In this document: positions 7,061 to 17,034 of the stretch, piece by piece | How the letters are laid out: each line of letters begins with the position of its first letter | Position numbering within the stretch: position 1 is the stretch's first letter | Source: a phage | Strand: one strand, 5' to 3' | Length of the DNA stretch: 39,751 bases | Sequence record: PZ402302.1 | The notes under the pieces: model-generated | The model's input: the letters and a program-made list of their open reading frames with translations, nothing else | Told to the model about the DNA's origin: nothing | Databases searched by the model: none | Position numbers and translations under genes: made by a program

Positions 7061-9712
7061 ATGACTAACGTAATCAACGCACCAAAGAACGACTTCTCTG
7101 ACATCGCTAACGCAATCATGCCGTACAACATTCTGGCTGACCATTACGGTGCACAGCTTGCAGCTACGCAGTTACAGCTTGAGCACGAAGCGCACACTGA
7201 GGGTGAGAAGCGTTTTCTTAAGGCAATGGAACGTCAAATCAAAGCGGGTGAGTTCGGTGATAACGCAGTGGCTAAACCGCTCCTGTCATCTCTCGCACCG
7301 AAGTTTATCGAGGCGTGGAACACTTGGTTCACTGAAGTGGAAGCGAAGCGTGGCAAGCGTCCAGTGGCTTACAATCTGGTACAGAAGGTTGCACCTGAAG
7401 CTGCTGCATTCATCACACTGAAGGTCACGCTGGCTTGCTTGACGAAAGAAGAGTTCACCAACCTGCAATCGGTCGCTACTAAGATTGGTCGTAGCATTGA
7501 AGATGAACTGCGTTTTGGTCGCATCCGTGACGAAGAAGCGAAGCACTTTAAGAACCACGTACAGGAGGCACTGAACAAGCGCGTTGGCATCGTCTACAAG
7601 AAAGCATTCATGCAAGCCGTAGAGGGTAAGATGCTTGATGCTGGTCAACTGCAAACCAAGTGGACTACATGGACACCTGAAGAATCAATTCACGTTGGTG
7701 TGCGCATGTTGGAACTGCTCATCGGGTCTACTGGTCTCGTTGAGTTACACCGCCCGTTCGCTGGGAACATCGAGAAGGATGGCGAGTACATCCAGTTAAC
7801 AGAACAATATGTAGACCTGCTGTCTAAACGTGCTGGTGCACTGGCTGCAATCGCTCCGATGTATCAGCCTTGCGTGGTCCCTCCGAAGCCTTGGACTTCT
7901 CCGGTTGGTGGTGGCTATTGGGCGGCTGGTCGCAAGCCTCTCTCTCTGGTTCGTACTGGTAGCAAGAAGGGACTGGAACGTTACAACGATGTGTACATGC
8001 CTGAAGTTTACAAGGCGGTGAACATCGCACAGAATACTCCTTGGAAGATTAACAAGAAGGTTCTGGCAGTGGTCAACGAGATTGTGAACTGGAAGCATTG
8101 CCCGGTTGAAGATGTACCTGCTCTCGAACGTGGTGAACTGCCTGTCAAACCTGAAGACATCGACACGAACGAAGCGGCTCTGAAAGCGTGGAAGAAAGCG
8201 GCCTCCGCAATCTATCGCAAAGAGAAAGCACGAGTTTCTCGCCGCATGAGCATGGAGTTCATGTTAGGTCAGGCCAATAAGTTCGCACAGTTCAAAGCTA
8301 TCTGGTTCCCAATGAACATGGACTGGCGCGGTCGTGTGTATGCTGTGCCGATGTTTAACCCGCAAGGCAACGACATGACCAAAGGCTTGTTGACGCTCGC
8401 TAAAGGTAAACCAATTGGTGTCGATGGGTACTACTGGCTGAAGATTCATGGTGCAAACACTGCTGGCGTGGACAAGGTGGACTTTGCAGAACGCATCAAG
8501 TTCATTGATGACAACCATGAGAACATCATGAGCGTAGCTGCTGACCCGATTGCTAACACTTGGTGGGCCGAGCAAGACTCTCCGTTCTGCTTCCTCGCGT
8601 TCTGCTTCGAGTATGCAGGAGTCCAGCACCACGGAATGAACTACAACTGCTCTCTTCCGCTGGCGTTTGATGGTAGCTGCTCCGGTATTCAGCACTTCTC
8701 CGCAATGCTTCGTGATGAAATTGGCGGTCGCGCTGTTAACTTACTGCCGAGCAAGGAAGTCCAAGACATCTACCGCATCGTAGCGGAACGTGTCAACGAG
8801 ATTCTGAACCAAGATGTTATCAACGGGACCGACAACGAAGTAGAGACCGTGACCAACAAGGACACAGGGGAAATCACTGAGAAGCTCAAGCTGGGCACTA
8901 AAGAACTAGCTGGTCAGTGGCTGGCCTACGGTGTGACCCGCAAGGTCACTAAGCGTTCGGTTATGACGTTGGCTTACGGTTCCAAAGAGTACGGATTCCG
9001 TGACCAAGTTCTTGAGGATACCATTCAGCCAGCTATCGACGATGGCAAGGGCTTGATGTTCACTCAACCGAACCAAGCGGCTGGCTATATGGCTAAACTG
9101 ATTTGGAACGCGGTAACGGTGACAGTGGTCGCAGCGGTTGAAGCAATGAACTGGCTGAAGTCTGCGGCTAAACTTCTAGCTGCTGAAGTCAAGGACAAGA
9201 AGACCAAAGAGGTTCTCCGCAAGCGCTGCGCGGTACATTGGGTTACTCCTGATGGCTTCCCGGTCTGGCAGGAATACAAGAAGCCAGTACAGACCCGCTT
9301 GAACCTGATGTTCTTAGGCCAGATTCGTCTACAGCCTACCGTGAACACCAACAAGGATAGCGGAATTGATGCTCGTAAGCAGGAGTCAGGCATCGCACCT
9401 AACTTTGTCCACTCAATGGATGGAAGCCACCTGCGCATGACTGTGGTCCGCTCCAATGAGGTCTACGGTGTGGAATCGTTCGCACTGATTCACGACTCCT
9501 TTGGTACTATCCCTGCTGATGCTGGCAACCTGTTTAAAGCAGTGCGCGAAACGATGGTCAACACTTACGAAGAGAACGATGTACTAGCAGACTTCTATGA
9601 GCAATTTGCTGACCAGTTACATGAATCGCAGCTTGACAAGATGCCTGAGATGCCAGCTAAAGGTTCTCTGGACCTGCAAGAAATCCTTAAGTCAGACTTT
9701 GCGTTTGCCTAA
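7061..9712 (+). CDS. 1: single-subunit DNA-dependent RNA polymerase (T7 gene 1-like), 883 aa
   Basis: Same length as T7 RNAP; long identical stretches by recall (ACLTKEEF-type palm/fingers blocks, specificity-loop region PTVNTNKDSGIDARKQESGIAPNFVHS, C-terminus SDFAFA). Confidence 0.97.
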   Translation: MTNVINAPKNDFSDIANAIMPYNILADHYGAQLAATQLQLEHEAHTEGEKRFLKAMERQIKAGEFGDNAVAKPLLSSLAPKFIEAWNTWFTEVEAKRGKRPVAYNLVQKVAPEAAAFITLKVTLACLTKEEFTNLQSVATKIGRSIEDELRFGRIRDEEAKHFKNHVQEALNKRVGIVYKKAFMQAVEGKMLDAGQLQTKWTTWTPEESIHVGVRMLELLIGSTGLVELHRPFAGNIEKDGEYIQLTEQYVDLLSKRAGALAAIAPMYQPCVVPPKPWTSPVGGGYWAAGRKPLSLVRTGSKKGLERYNDVYMPEVYKAVNIAQNTPWKINKKVLAVVNEIVNWKHCPVEDVPALERGELPVKPEDIDTNEAALKAWKKAASAIYRKEKARVSRRMSMEFMLGQANKFAQFKAIWFPMNMDWRGRVYAVPMFNPQGNDMTKGLLTLAKGKPIGVDGYYWLKIHGANTAGVDKVDFAERIKFIDDNHENIMSVAADPIANTWWAEQDSPFCFLAFCFEYAGVQHHGMNYNCSLPLAFDGSCSGIQHFSAMLRDEIGGRAVNLLPSKEVQDIYRIVAERVNEILNQDVINGTDNEVETVTNKDTGEITEKLKLGTKELAGQWLAYGVTRKVTKRSVMTLAYGSKEYGFRDQVLEDTIQPAIDDGKGLMFTQPNQAAGYMAKLIWNAVTVTVVAAVEAMNWLKSAAKLLAAEVKDKKTKEVLRKRCAVHWVTPDGFPVWQEYKKPVQTRLNLMFLGQIRLQPTVNTNKDSGIDARKQESGIAPNFVHSMDGSHLRMTVVRSNEVYGVESFALIHDSFGTIPADAGNLFKAVRETMVNTYEENDVLADFYEQFADQLHESQLDKMPEMPAKGSLDLQEILKSDFAFA

Positions 9713-9719
9713 CGGAATC

Positions 9720-9742
9720 TAATACGACTCACTATTGGGAGA
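9720..9742 (+). promoter_or_regulatory. phage RNAP promoter (phi1.1A-like) with gene-10-like leader
   Basis: taatacgactcactattgggagaccc, then leader gggagacccttggggtttccc...tttaactttaagagga resembling the T7 phi10 leader. Confidence 0.9.
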
Positions 9743-9802
9743 CCCTTGGGGTTTCCCTACTTTAAGATAACTTTAAGTTTAACTTTAAGAGGAAACATAA
9801 TC

Positions 9803-10360
9803 ATGTTTACTTTCATCACTTCAGTAGGCGCTCTCGTAGCAACCATTCTTGCAGCAACATACTACAACCGTTCAAAAGTATTTCTCACCAAGCTAATCAA
9901 AGAAGAGAAGAACTCTCACGCACTCAAAGAGAGACTTGAAGATGGGTGGCGAGAGAAGCAGGAACTAGCTGGTCGAATCCGTACTTTAGAGTTCGAACAA
10001 CAATATGACATGTCGAACCAACGAGAACTCATTGAGCGTCTACGCGCTGAGGCAATGGAGTACCGCAAGGAACTTAAAGAGGCAAAGAGTACCATCCGTG
10101 AGTACACATACAGTGACATCACGTCTATCAAGTTTACTGCTCACATCCCAGATGCTGGATGGAAGCGCACTGAGTTCAAGCTAGGCATAGGGTCTTGCGG
10201 CAAAGAGGTTACGTGTTTGCACTGGAAAGAACAGTCGGACAGCTACCTGCTGACGCAGACGTGCACTGATGGTGAGCGCAAAGAGTTCACCTATTATAAG
10301 AAAGACGTAGCGGGTCGCATTGAGATTGCACGTAAGGTTGCAGACAATACGACTCACTAA
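9803..10360 (+). CDS. hypothetical membrane-anchored coiled-coil protein, 185 aa (inserted between phi1.1A and phi1.1B)
   Basis: ATG with RBS aagagga; N-terminal TM helix MFTFITSVGALVATILAATYY, about 80 aa charged heptad-rich segment, C-terminal domain with 3 Cys; own promoter upstream, phi1.1B overlaps its stop. Confidence 0.8.
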   Translation: MFTFITSVGALVATILAATYYNRSKVFLTKLIKEEKNSHALKERLEDGWREKQELAGRIRTLEFEQQYDMSNQRELIERLRAEAMEYRKELKEAKSTIREYTYSDITSIKFTAHIPDAGWKRTEFKLGIGSCGKEVTCLHWKEQSDSYLLTQTCTDGERKEFTYYKKDVAGRIEIARKVADNTTH

Positions 10361-10367
10361 TGGGAAA
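10345..10367 (+). promoter_or_regulatory. phage RNAP promoter (phi1.1B-like)
   Basis: caatacgactcactaatgggaaac. Confidence 0.8.
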
Positions 10368-10375
10368 CACTGAAA

Positions 10376-10420
10376 GTTAAACTCAAGGTCATCTACATGG
10401 TGGCCTTCATGATTAACTGT
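10376..10420 (+). promoter_or_regulatory. RNase III-type processing hairpin (R1.1-like)
   Basis: gttaaactcaaggtcatctacatggtggccttcatgattaac. Confidence 0.7.
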
Positions 10421-10449
10421 CAACGATACTACCAAGAGGAAATAACATT

Positions 10450-10599
10450 ATGCGTACCAACTTTGAACCAACCACTAAGCGCAACAACATCATCAATGAA
10501 CATGGTGCTGAATGGCAGGAACGTAAAGACCGCATGAAGAAACGTCACAAGACACAACGTGGCAACTCTGAGAAACGCAACTGGAAGGAGGCACTCTAA
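10450..10599 (+). CDS. 1.1: gp1.1-like small basic protein, 49 aa
   Basis: MRTNFEPTTKRNNIINEHGAEWQERKDRMKKRHKTQRGNSEKRNWKEAL; basic, resembles recalled T7 gp1.1; stop overlaps gene 1.2 start; hand-translated. Confidence 0.6.
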   Translation: MRTNFEPTTKRNNIINEHGAEWQERKDRMKKRHKTQRGNSEKRNWKEAL

Positions 10600-10871
10600 T
10601 GGGTCGCTTATACAGTGGCAACTTAATAGCATACAAAGACGCTATCGAACGGCTTAAAGAAGATCACGATGCAAATGTGTTCGTTGAGACTTATCGCTAT
10701 GAGGACTTCACACAGCGACGGATGGTCGCCGGAGAGACACTTCGAGTGGTCTTACGGGATGGCTTAATGCTGACCGCTAAGTGTTTCGAACAGGACGATG
10801 AAGACGTTCGTTGCAATGCACAGACTGAATGGCTTCGTAAGGTACACAACGCCCTGAAGCACTGGAAGTAA
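10599..10871 (+). CDS. 1.2: inhibitor of host dGTP triphosphohydrolase (T7 gp1.2-like), 90 aa
   Basis: MGRLYSGNLIAYKDA... and ...HNALKHWK match start and end of recalled T7 gp1.2. Confidence 0.8.
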   Translation: MGRLYSGNLIAYKDAIERLKEDHDANVFVETYRYEDFTQRRMVAGETLRVVLRDGLMLTAKCFEQDDEDVRCNAQTEWLRKVHNALKHWK

Positions 10872-10891
10872 TACGACTCACTATTGCGAGA
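10869..10891 (+). promoter_or_regulatory. phage RNAP promoter (phi1.3-like)
   Basis: taatacgactcactattgcgagagg (start region GCG rather than GGG). Confidence 0.75.
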
Positions 10892-10892
10892 G

Positions 10893-10935
10893 GTAAACTA
10901 AAGGTCATCTACACGGTGGCCTTTGTGATTAACTT
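10893..10935 (+). promoter_or_regulatory. RNase III-type processing hairpin (R1.3-like)
   Basis: taaactaaaggtcatctacacggtggcctttgtgattaac. Confidence 0.65.
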
Positions 10936-10976
10936 TTGCTTAAACATTAACCAATACACACTAAAGGAGTTCCATT

Positions 10977-12008
10977 ATGGAAATCACATTCAAGACTAAC
11001 CCATTCAAAGCAGTATCCTACGTTGAGTCTGCCATTAAGAAAGCACTCGACAAAGCTGGCTACCTGATTGCTGACACTAAGCATGATGGTGTACGTGGTA
11101 ACATCGTGGTTGACAATACGGCTGACTGCCTGTGGCTGTCCCGTGTCTCCAAGACCATCCCCGCGCTTGAGCACCTTAATGGGTTCGACCAACGCTGGGC
11201 TAATGTTCTCAAAGATGACCGCTGGATTTTCCCTGATGGCTTCATGCTGGATGGTGAACTGATGGTCAAAGGCGTAGACTTCAACACAGGGTCTGGCCTA
11301 CTGCGTACCAAGTGGCTCAAGAAGACAAACTGTGGATTTGATATTGGTGGAGTAGAGCCTCTCAAGGGGAGTAAAGTAGACTTCTGCTTAGACCCTAAGA
11401 AACTTAAGGTTGTCCTGTATGCCGCTATGCCGTATCACGATATGGTAGAAGGCAAAGAGTATGGCGTTATGTCCCTCCTGATGCAAGAGCATGTGCGTTC
11501 CCTCATTCCGGTTCTTAGTGAACACTTCCCGGAAATCACTTGGGAACTCTCTGAGGCCAAAGAAGTCTACGACATGGTAGAACTTCAGGAACTCTACGAG
11601 AAAGCCCGTGCCGATGGTCATGAAGGTCTGGTCGTCAAAGACCCGCTTGAAGTCTACAAGCGTGGCAAGAAGTCTGGCTGGTGGAAGATGAAGCCTGAGA
11701 ATGAAGCTGATGGTATTATCGTTGGCCTCAATTGGGGTACTCCGGGTCTGGCTAATGAAGGTAAAGTTATTGGCTTCGAGGTTCTCTTGGAGTCCGGTCG
11801 TGTAGTCTCTGCCAACAACATTAGCCAAGCGTTGATGGATGAGTTCACTGCTGCCGTCAAACATGCTGAGTCTGTGGGTATGGGTATGCCGTACACTGGC
11901 TTCGCCTGTCAGGTTGCCTACATGGAGGAAACTCCAGACGGTTCTCTGCGTCACCCATCGTTCGTTATGTTCCGTGGAACTGAGGATAACCCAAAGGAGA
12001 AAATGTAA
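10977..12008 (+). CDS. 1.3: ATP-dependent DNA ligase (T7 gp1.3-like), 343 aa
   Basis: Adenylation motif KHDGVRG; blocks TNPFKAVSYVESAIKKALD, WLSRVSKTIPALEHLNGFD, EGLVVKDP, SLRHPSFVMFRGTEDNP match recalled T7 ligase. Confidence 0.95.
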   Translation: MEITFKTNPFKAVSYVESAIKKALDKAGYLIADTKHDGVRGNIVVDNTADCLWLSRVSKTIPALEHLNGFDQRWANVLKDDRWIFPDGFMLDGELMVKGVDFNTGSGLLRTKWLKKTNCGFDIGGVEPLKGSKVDFCLDPKKLKVVLYAAMPYHDMVEGKEYGVMSLLMQEHVRSLIPVLSEHFPEITWELSEAKEVYDMVELQELYEKARADGHEGLVVKDPLEVYKRGKKSGWWKMKPENEADGIIVGLNWGTPGLANEGKVIGFEVLLESGRVVSANNISQALMDEFTAAVKHAESVGMGMPYTGFACQVAYMEETPDGSLRHPSFVMFRGTEDNPKEKM

Positions 12009-12190
12009 TGCTTATCTTTGACGAGAACGGTTGGAGAGTGTATCAACACCCACACCTGATGATATTCCACATATCAAAGTGGATGGAAGGAGATGACCGG
12101 AGAAGCTACGGGAGAACTTGGGACTACTTTACTGTCCATGAGTGCCATAGTATTAAGGAAGTCAAAGAGTACCTACGAAACAATATGTAA
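12008..12190 (+). CDS. hypothetical small protein, 60 aa (gene 1.4 position)
   Basis: ATG overlaps ligase stop (taATG); ends just before terminator TE; no recognised similarity. Confidence 0.5.
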   Translation: MLIFDENGWRVYQHPHLMIFHISKWMEGDDRRSYGRTWDYFTVHECHSIKEVKEYLRNNM

Positions 12191-12198
12191 AGACAAAT

Positions 12199-12231
12199 GG
12201 TCAGTCCTTAACGGGCTGGCCTTTTTGTGTT
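12199..12231 (+). terminator. intrinsic terminator for host RNAP (TE-like)
   Basis: ggtcagtcc-ttaac-gggctggcc stem (9 bp, two G-U pairs) followed by tttttgtgtttc; after the ligase region as T7 TE. Confidence 0.7.
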
Positions 12232-12232
12232 T

Positions 12233-12255
12233 CTATACGACTCACTATGGAGGAA
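12233..12255 (+). promoter_or_regulatory. phage RNAP promoter (phi1.5-like, variant)
   Basis: ctatacgactcactatggaggaac: core ACGACTCACTAT present, one base shorter before the start region. Confidence 0.6.
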
Positions 12256-12262
12256 CTACCTC

Positions 12263-12343
12263 ATGCTATTTCTAATTGCTGCTGCTATCTTTGCCACGTT
12301 TGCCTTCGTTATCATTGACGACAACTGCTGGCCGGATTGCTAA
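12263..12343 (+). CDS. tiny hydrophobic peptide, 26 aa (gene 1.5 position)
   Basis: MLFLIAAAIFATFAFVIIDDNCWPDC; preceded by ggagga; sits exactly between two phage promoters; hand-translated. Confidence 0.4.
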   Translation: MLFLIAAAIFATFAFVIIDDNCWPDC

Positions 12344-12363
12344 TACGACTCACCTATGGAGGA
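12341..12363 (+). promoter_or_regulatory. phage RNAP promoter (phi1.6-like, variant)
   Basis: taatacgactcacctatggaggac: -17 to -5 perfect, -4 to -1 CTAT. Confidence 0.6.
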
Positions 12364-12370
12364 CACAACT

Positions 12371-12634
12371 ATGTTAAGACTTCACTTCAACAAATCTAAT
12401 GGCATCTTCTCTGCGCGTGGCGCTGACCGCTCTACGGTTCTGGCCTCTGAGAAACACGCAGTCATCCCTAAAGTGCTTGGCTCGACCATTGAGTTATCAC
12501 CTCGTGTTCACGCTGTAATCACCACTGGCTTATATAAAGAAGCGACCACTGGCTCCCGGCCTTTCATTCCGGTTCTCGTCACCCGTTTTCCTAAAGTCCG
12601 TCTGGTAATTGCGCGTATCAAGGAGGTGTTCTAA
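12371..12634 (+). CDS. hypothetical protein, 87 aa (gene 1.6 position)
   Basis: ATG with ggagga RBS formed by the promoter start region; MLRLHFNKSNGIFSARGADRSTV... Confidence 0.6.
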   Translation: MLRLHFNKSNGIFSARGADRSTVLASEKHAVIPKVLGSTIELSPRVHAVITTGLYKEATTGSRPFIPVLVTRFPKVRLVIARIKEVF

Positions 12635-12945
12635 TGGTCTGCATGGCATGTTTAGAGAATGATGACCGCTACCCTCACACCTGTGAACCTGTAGCTAAAC
12701 CACAAGATATAGAGGGTGTTCGCAAGCCGAGCCACTATATGTTGTTTGATGACATTGAGGCTATCGAGGTGATTGCCCGTTCGATGACCCGTGAACAGTT
12801 CAAAGGGTACTGCTTAGGGAATATCCTTAAGTACCGCCTCCGTGCTGGTAAGAAATCCGAACTGGCATTCTTAGAGAAGGACATGGCGAAAGCTGGGTTC
12901 TACGGTGAACTGTACGAGAAACATAAAGGTAAATGCCATGCTTAA
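12634..12945 (+). CDS. 1.7: gp1.7-like protein (short form of the T7 nucleoside monophosphate kinase family), 103 aa
   Basis: CMACLENDDRYPHTC and C-terminal KPSHYMLFDDIEAIEVIARSMT.EQFKGYC.GNILKYRLRAGKKSEL match recalled T7 gp1.7 termini; middle of the 196-aa T7 protein absent. Confidence 0.6.
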   Translation: MVCMACLENDDRYPHTCEPVAKPQDIEGVRKPSHYMLFDDIEAIEVIARSMTREQFKGYCLGNILKYRLRAGKKSELAFLEKDMAKAGFYGELYEKHKGKCHA

Positions 12946-13036
12946 ACCTAGCGAATGGTGTGAGCGTATGTTTGAAAAGACAGGTAACACCGACTACCTT
13001 GAATTATATAATCACTGGAAGGAGAGAGGACAATGA
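12938..13036 (+). CDS. gp1.8-like small protein, 32 aa
   Basis: [32 protein letters not shown]; overlaps 1.7 stop and gene 2 start; hand-translated. Confidence 0.45.
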   Translation: MLKPSEWCERMFEKTGNTDYLELYNHWKERGQ

Positions 13037-13224
13037 GCACTCTGAATAAAGGGTCACTGGTAAACGGTGACAAGAAGTTCTTCGCTACGGTAGAAGGCCA
13101 AGGCCAATCGTTCGAAGTACCTGTGTTCGCTACGTCTCTTGAAGAGGCCAATGAGTTAGCTGAGTGGCAATACGTCCCTGCTGGCTTCGCTGTAACACGC
13201 ATCCGTCCAGACCGTAAGGTTTAA
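13033..13224 (+). CDS. 2: inhibitor of host RNA polymerase (T7 Gp2-like), 63 aa
   Basis: ...[34 protein letters not shown] matches recalled T7 Gp2. Confidence 0.9.
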   Translation: MSTLNKGSLVNGDKKFFATVEGQGQSFEVPVFATSLEEANELAEWQYVPAGFAVTRIRPDRKV

Positions 13225-13244
13225 TAGGACTCACTAATGGGAGA
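13222..13244 (+). promoter_or_regulatory. phage RNAP promoter (phi2.5-like)
   Basis: ttaataggactcactaatgggagacac (-12/-11 GG instead of CG). Confidence 0.65.
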
Positions 13245-13294
13245 CACTAACGTTTCCCCACTTTAACTTTCAGAAACTTTAAAGGAGAATCATT

Positions 13295-13996
13295 ATGGCA
13301 TTCGCAAAACGTAAAGTATTCACTTCCGCTCGTGGTGTTGCTGAACCTTACTGCTATCTGGCAAAGCCGGACTTCGGTAGTGGTGACTTCAAGAACGAAC
13401 GTGGTGTCTATAAAGTATCGCTGACTGTACCCAACGACGACCCTCGCTGTCAGAAGATGATTGACGAGATTGTCGAAGCCCATGAGACGGACTACGCTGC
13501 TCGACTCGAAGAGTACGAAGCGAACCCGCCGAAAGTTGTCAAGGGTAAGAAACCGCTGAAGCCATATGTTGGCGACATGCCTTTCATGGATAACGAAGAC
13601 GGAACCACTACGTTCAACTTCAAGTGCTACGGCTCGTTCACTGACAAGAAGACTGGTGAGAACAAACCAATCGACTTGGCTATTGTGGACTCCAAAGGTA
13701 AGCGCATCCGTGGTGAGCGTCCAGCTATCTCTGGTGGCTCTGAACTGAAGATTAAATACACTCTGTTCCCTTACGGTTGGTCTGCTGTGGCAGGTGCTTC
13801 CGTTAAGCTGCAACTGGATTCCGTAATGCTGATTAAGCTGGTCGAGTTCGGTGGTGGTGATGACGATTGGGGTGATGAAATCGAAGAAGACGGCTACGAA
13901 GCTGATGAAGCACAGACCCGTCAACGTCCTCAAAACGACTCTGGCTGGAATGAAGAACCAGAAGAGGACGATGAAGACGAGGATGGTGATTTTTAA
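13295..13996 (+). CDS. 2.5: single-stranded DNA-binding protein (T7 gp2.5-like), 233 aa
   Basis: MAFAKRKVFTSARGVAEPYCYLAKPD... and acidic C-terminal tail ending DEDEDGDF as in T7 gp2.5. Confidence 0.95.
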   Translation: MAFAKRKVFTSARGVAEPYCYLAKPDFGSGDFKNERGVYKVSLTVPNDDPRCQKMIDEIVEAHETDYAARLEEYEANPPKVVKGKKPLKPYVGDMPFMDNEDGTTTFNFKCYGSFTDKKTGENKPIDLAIVDSKGKRIRGERPAISGGSELKIKYTLFPYGWSAVAGASVKLQLDSVMLIKLVEFGGGDDDWGDEIEEDGYEADEAQTRQRPQNDSGWNEEPEEDDEDEDGDF

Positions 13997-14442
13997 TGGC
14001 TAAGGGTTATGCAGGTCGAGGCACTCGTGTGGGTGCCTTTCGCTCTGGCTTGGAGGACAAGGTAAGCAAACAGCTTGAGTCAAAGAACATTAAGTTCGAC
14101 TACGAGCGTTGGCGTGTACCGTATGTTGTTCCTGCAAGCAACCATACCTATTGCCCGGACTTCCTGTTACCTAATGGCATCTTTGTGGAAACAAAGGGTC
14201 TGTGGGATAGCGACGACCGCAAGAAACACTTACTGATTCGCGAACAGTATCCTGAACTTGATGTGCGCATCGTGTTCTCTTCAAGCCGCTCCAAGCTGTA
14301 CAAAGGGTCTCCGACCAGTTACGGTGAGTGGTGCGAGAAGCATGGCATTCTGTTTGCTGATAAATTAATTCCAGTTGATTGGCTGAAAGAGCCTTCTAAG
14401 GATGTTCCATTCGATAAATTTAAAGAGGTGAAGAAGAAATGA
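13996..14442 (+). CDS. 3: endonuclease I, Holliday-junction resolvase (T7 gp3-like), 148 aa
   Basis: VGAFRSGLEDKVSKQLESK, PASNHTY.PDFLLPNGIFVETKGLW.SDDRKKHLLIREQ match recalled T7 endonuclease I. Confidence 0.95.
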   Translation: MAKGYAGRGTRVGAFRSGLEDKVSKQLESKNIKFDYERWRVPYVVPASNHTYCPDFLLPNGIFVETKGLWDSDDRKKHLLIREQYPELDVRIVFSSSRSKLYKGSPTSYGEWCEKHGILFADKLIPVDWLKEPSKDVPFDKFKEVKKK

Positions 14443-14894
14443 GTAAGGTACAATTCAAACAACGCGCTGTGACAGAAGCAATCTTTGTCCACTGTAGCGC
14501 AACCAAGGCGTCCATGAATGTTGGACTGCGTGAAATCCGTCAGTGGCATAAAGAACAGGGCTGGCTTGATGTAGGCTACCACTTCATTATTCGCCGTGAT
14601 GGTACAATCGAAGAAGGCCGTCCGGTCGGAGTCGTTGGGTCTCACGTTAAGGACTGGAACAGTAAGTCTGTCGGTGTGTGCCTCGTTGGTGGTATCGACG
14701 ATAAGGGCAGACACGAAGCTAACTTTACGCCAGCACAGATGCACTCTCTTAAAGAGAAACTAGCAGACCTGCTGGACATGTATCCAGATGCTGAAGTGAA
14801 AGCTCACCATGACGTTGCGCCTAAAGCGTGTCCGTCTTTCAACTTGAGTCGCTGGCTTAAGACTGGCGAATTAGTAACTAGTGATTGGGGTTAA
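14439..14894 (+). CDS. 3.5: lysozyme / N-acetylmuramoyl-L-alanine amidase, RNAP inhibitor (T7 gp3.5-like), 151 aa
   Basis: VQFKQR...AIFVHCSATK...REIRQWHKEQGWLDVGYHFII.RDG...GVCLVGGIDDKG...ANFTPAQM...AHH.VAPKACPSF matches recalled T7 lysozyme. Confidence 0.95.
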   Translation: MSKVQFKQRAVTEAIFVHCSATKASMNVGLREIRQWHKEQGWLDVGYHFIIRRDGTIEEGRPVGVVGSHVKDWNSKSVGVCLVGGIDDKGRHEANFTPAQMHSLKEKLADLLDMYPDAEVKAHHDVAPKACPSFNLSRWLKTGELVTSDWG

Positions 14895-14898
14895 TACT

Positions 14899-14991
14899 AT
14901 GATGATTATTCACGAGATGGGCCTGTATGATTTGATTTATCGCCTCGCATTCATGCTGGCAATGGTCTACATTCTGACCCGCAAGGATTAA
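14899..14991 (+). CDS. tiny hydrophobic ORF, 30 aa
   Basis: MMIIHEMGLYDLIYRLAFMLAMVYILTRKD; hand-translated; weak evidence. Confidence 0.3.
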   Translation: MMIIHEMGLYDLIYRLAFMLAMVYILTRKD

Positions 14992-15011
14992 TAGAACTCA
15001 CTATGGGAGGA
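14989..15011 (+). promoter_or_regulatory. phage RNAP promoter (phi3.8-like, variant)
   Basis: taatagaactcactatgggagg. Confidence 0.55.
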
Positions 15012-15061
15012 CCGAAAGGTTTCTCCCTTTGTTCGCTAAAATTGTATAAGGAGTAATCACT

Positions 15062-17011
<1,950 letters not shown>

Positions 17012-17013
<2 letters not shown>

Positions 17014-17034
17014 ATACGACTCACTAATGGGACA
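17012..17034 (+). promoter_or_regulatory. phage RNAP promoter (phi4.3-like)
   Basis: aaatacgactcactaatgggacagac. Confidence 0.8.

Noticed and set aside
9746-9802. Upstream extension of the inserted 185-aa ORF (track start 9746) and the 5564 start of the 0.6A-like ORF
   Set aside because: Both rely on non-ATG starts inside a promoter leader or repeat; ATG 9803 and ATG 5639 have proper context.
11388-11954. 188-aa minus-strand ORF antisense to the ligase gene
   Set aside because: Antisense shadow ORF; no start context.
13247-13933. 228-aa minus-strand ORF antisense to the SSB gene
   Set aside because: Lies entirely within a strongly supported + strand gene; T7-like genomes are transcribed in one direction; no promoter or RBS; long antisense ORFs are expected from codon-biased coding sequence.
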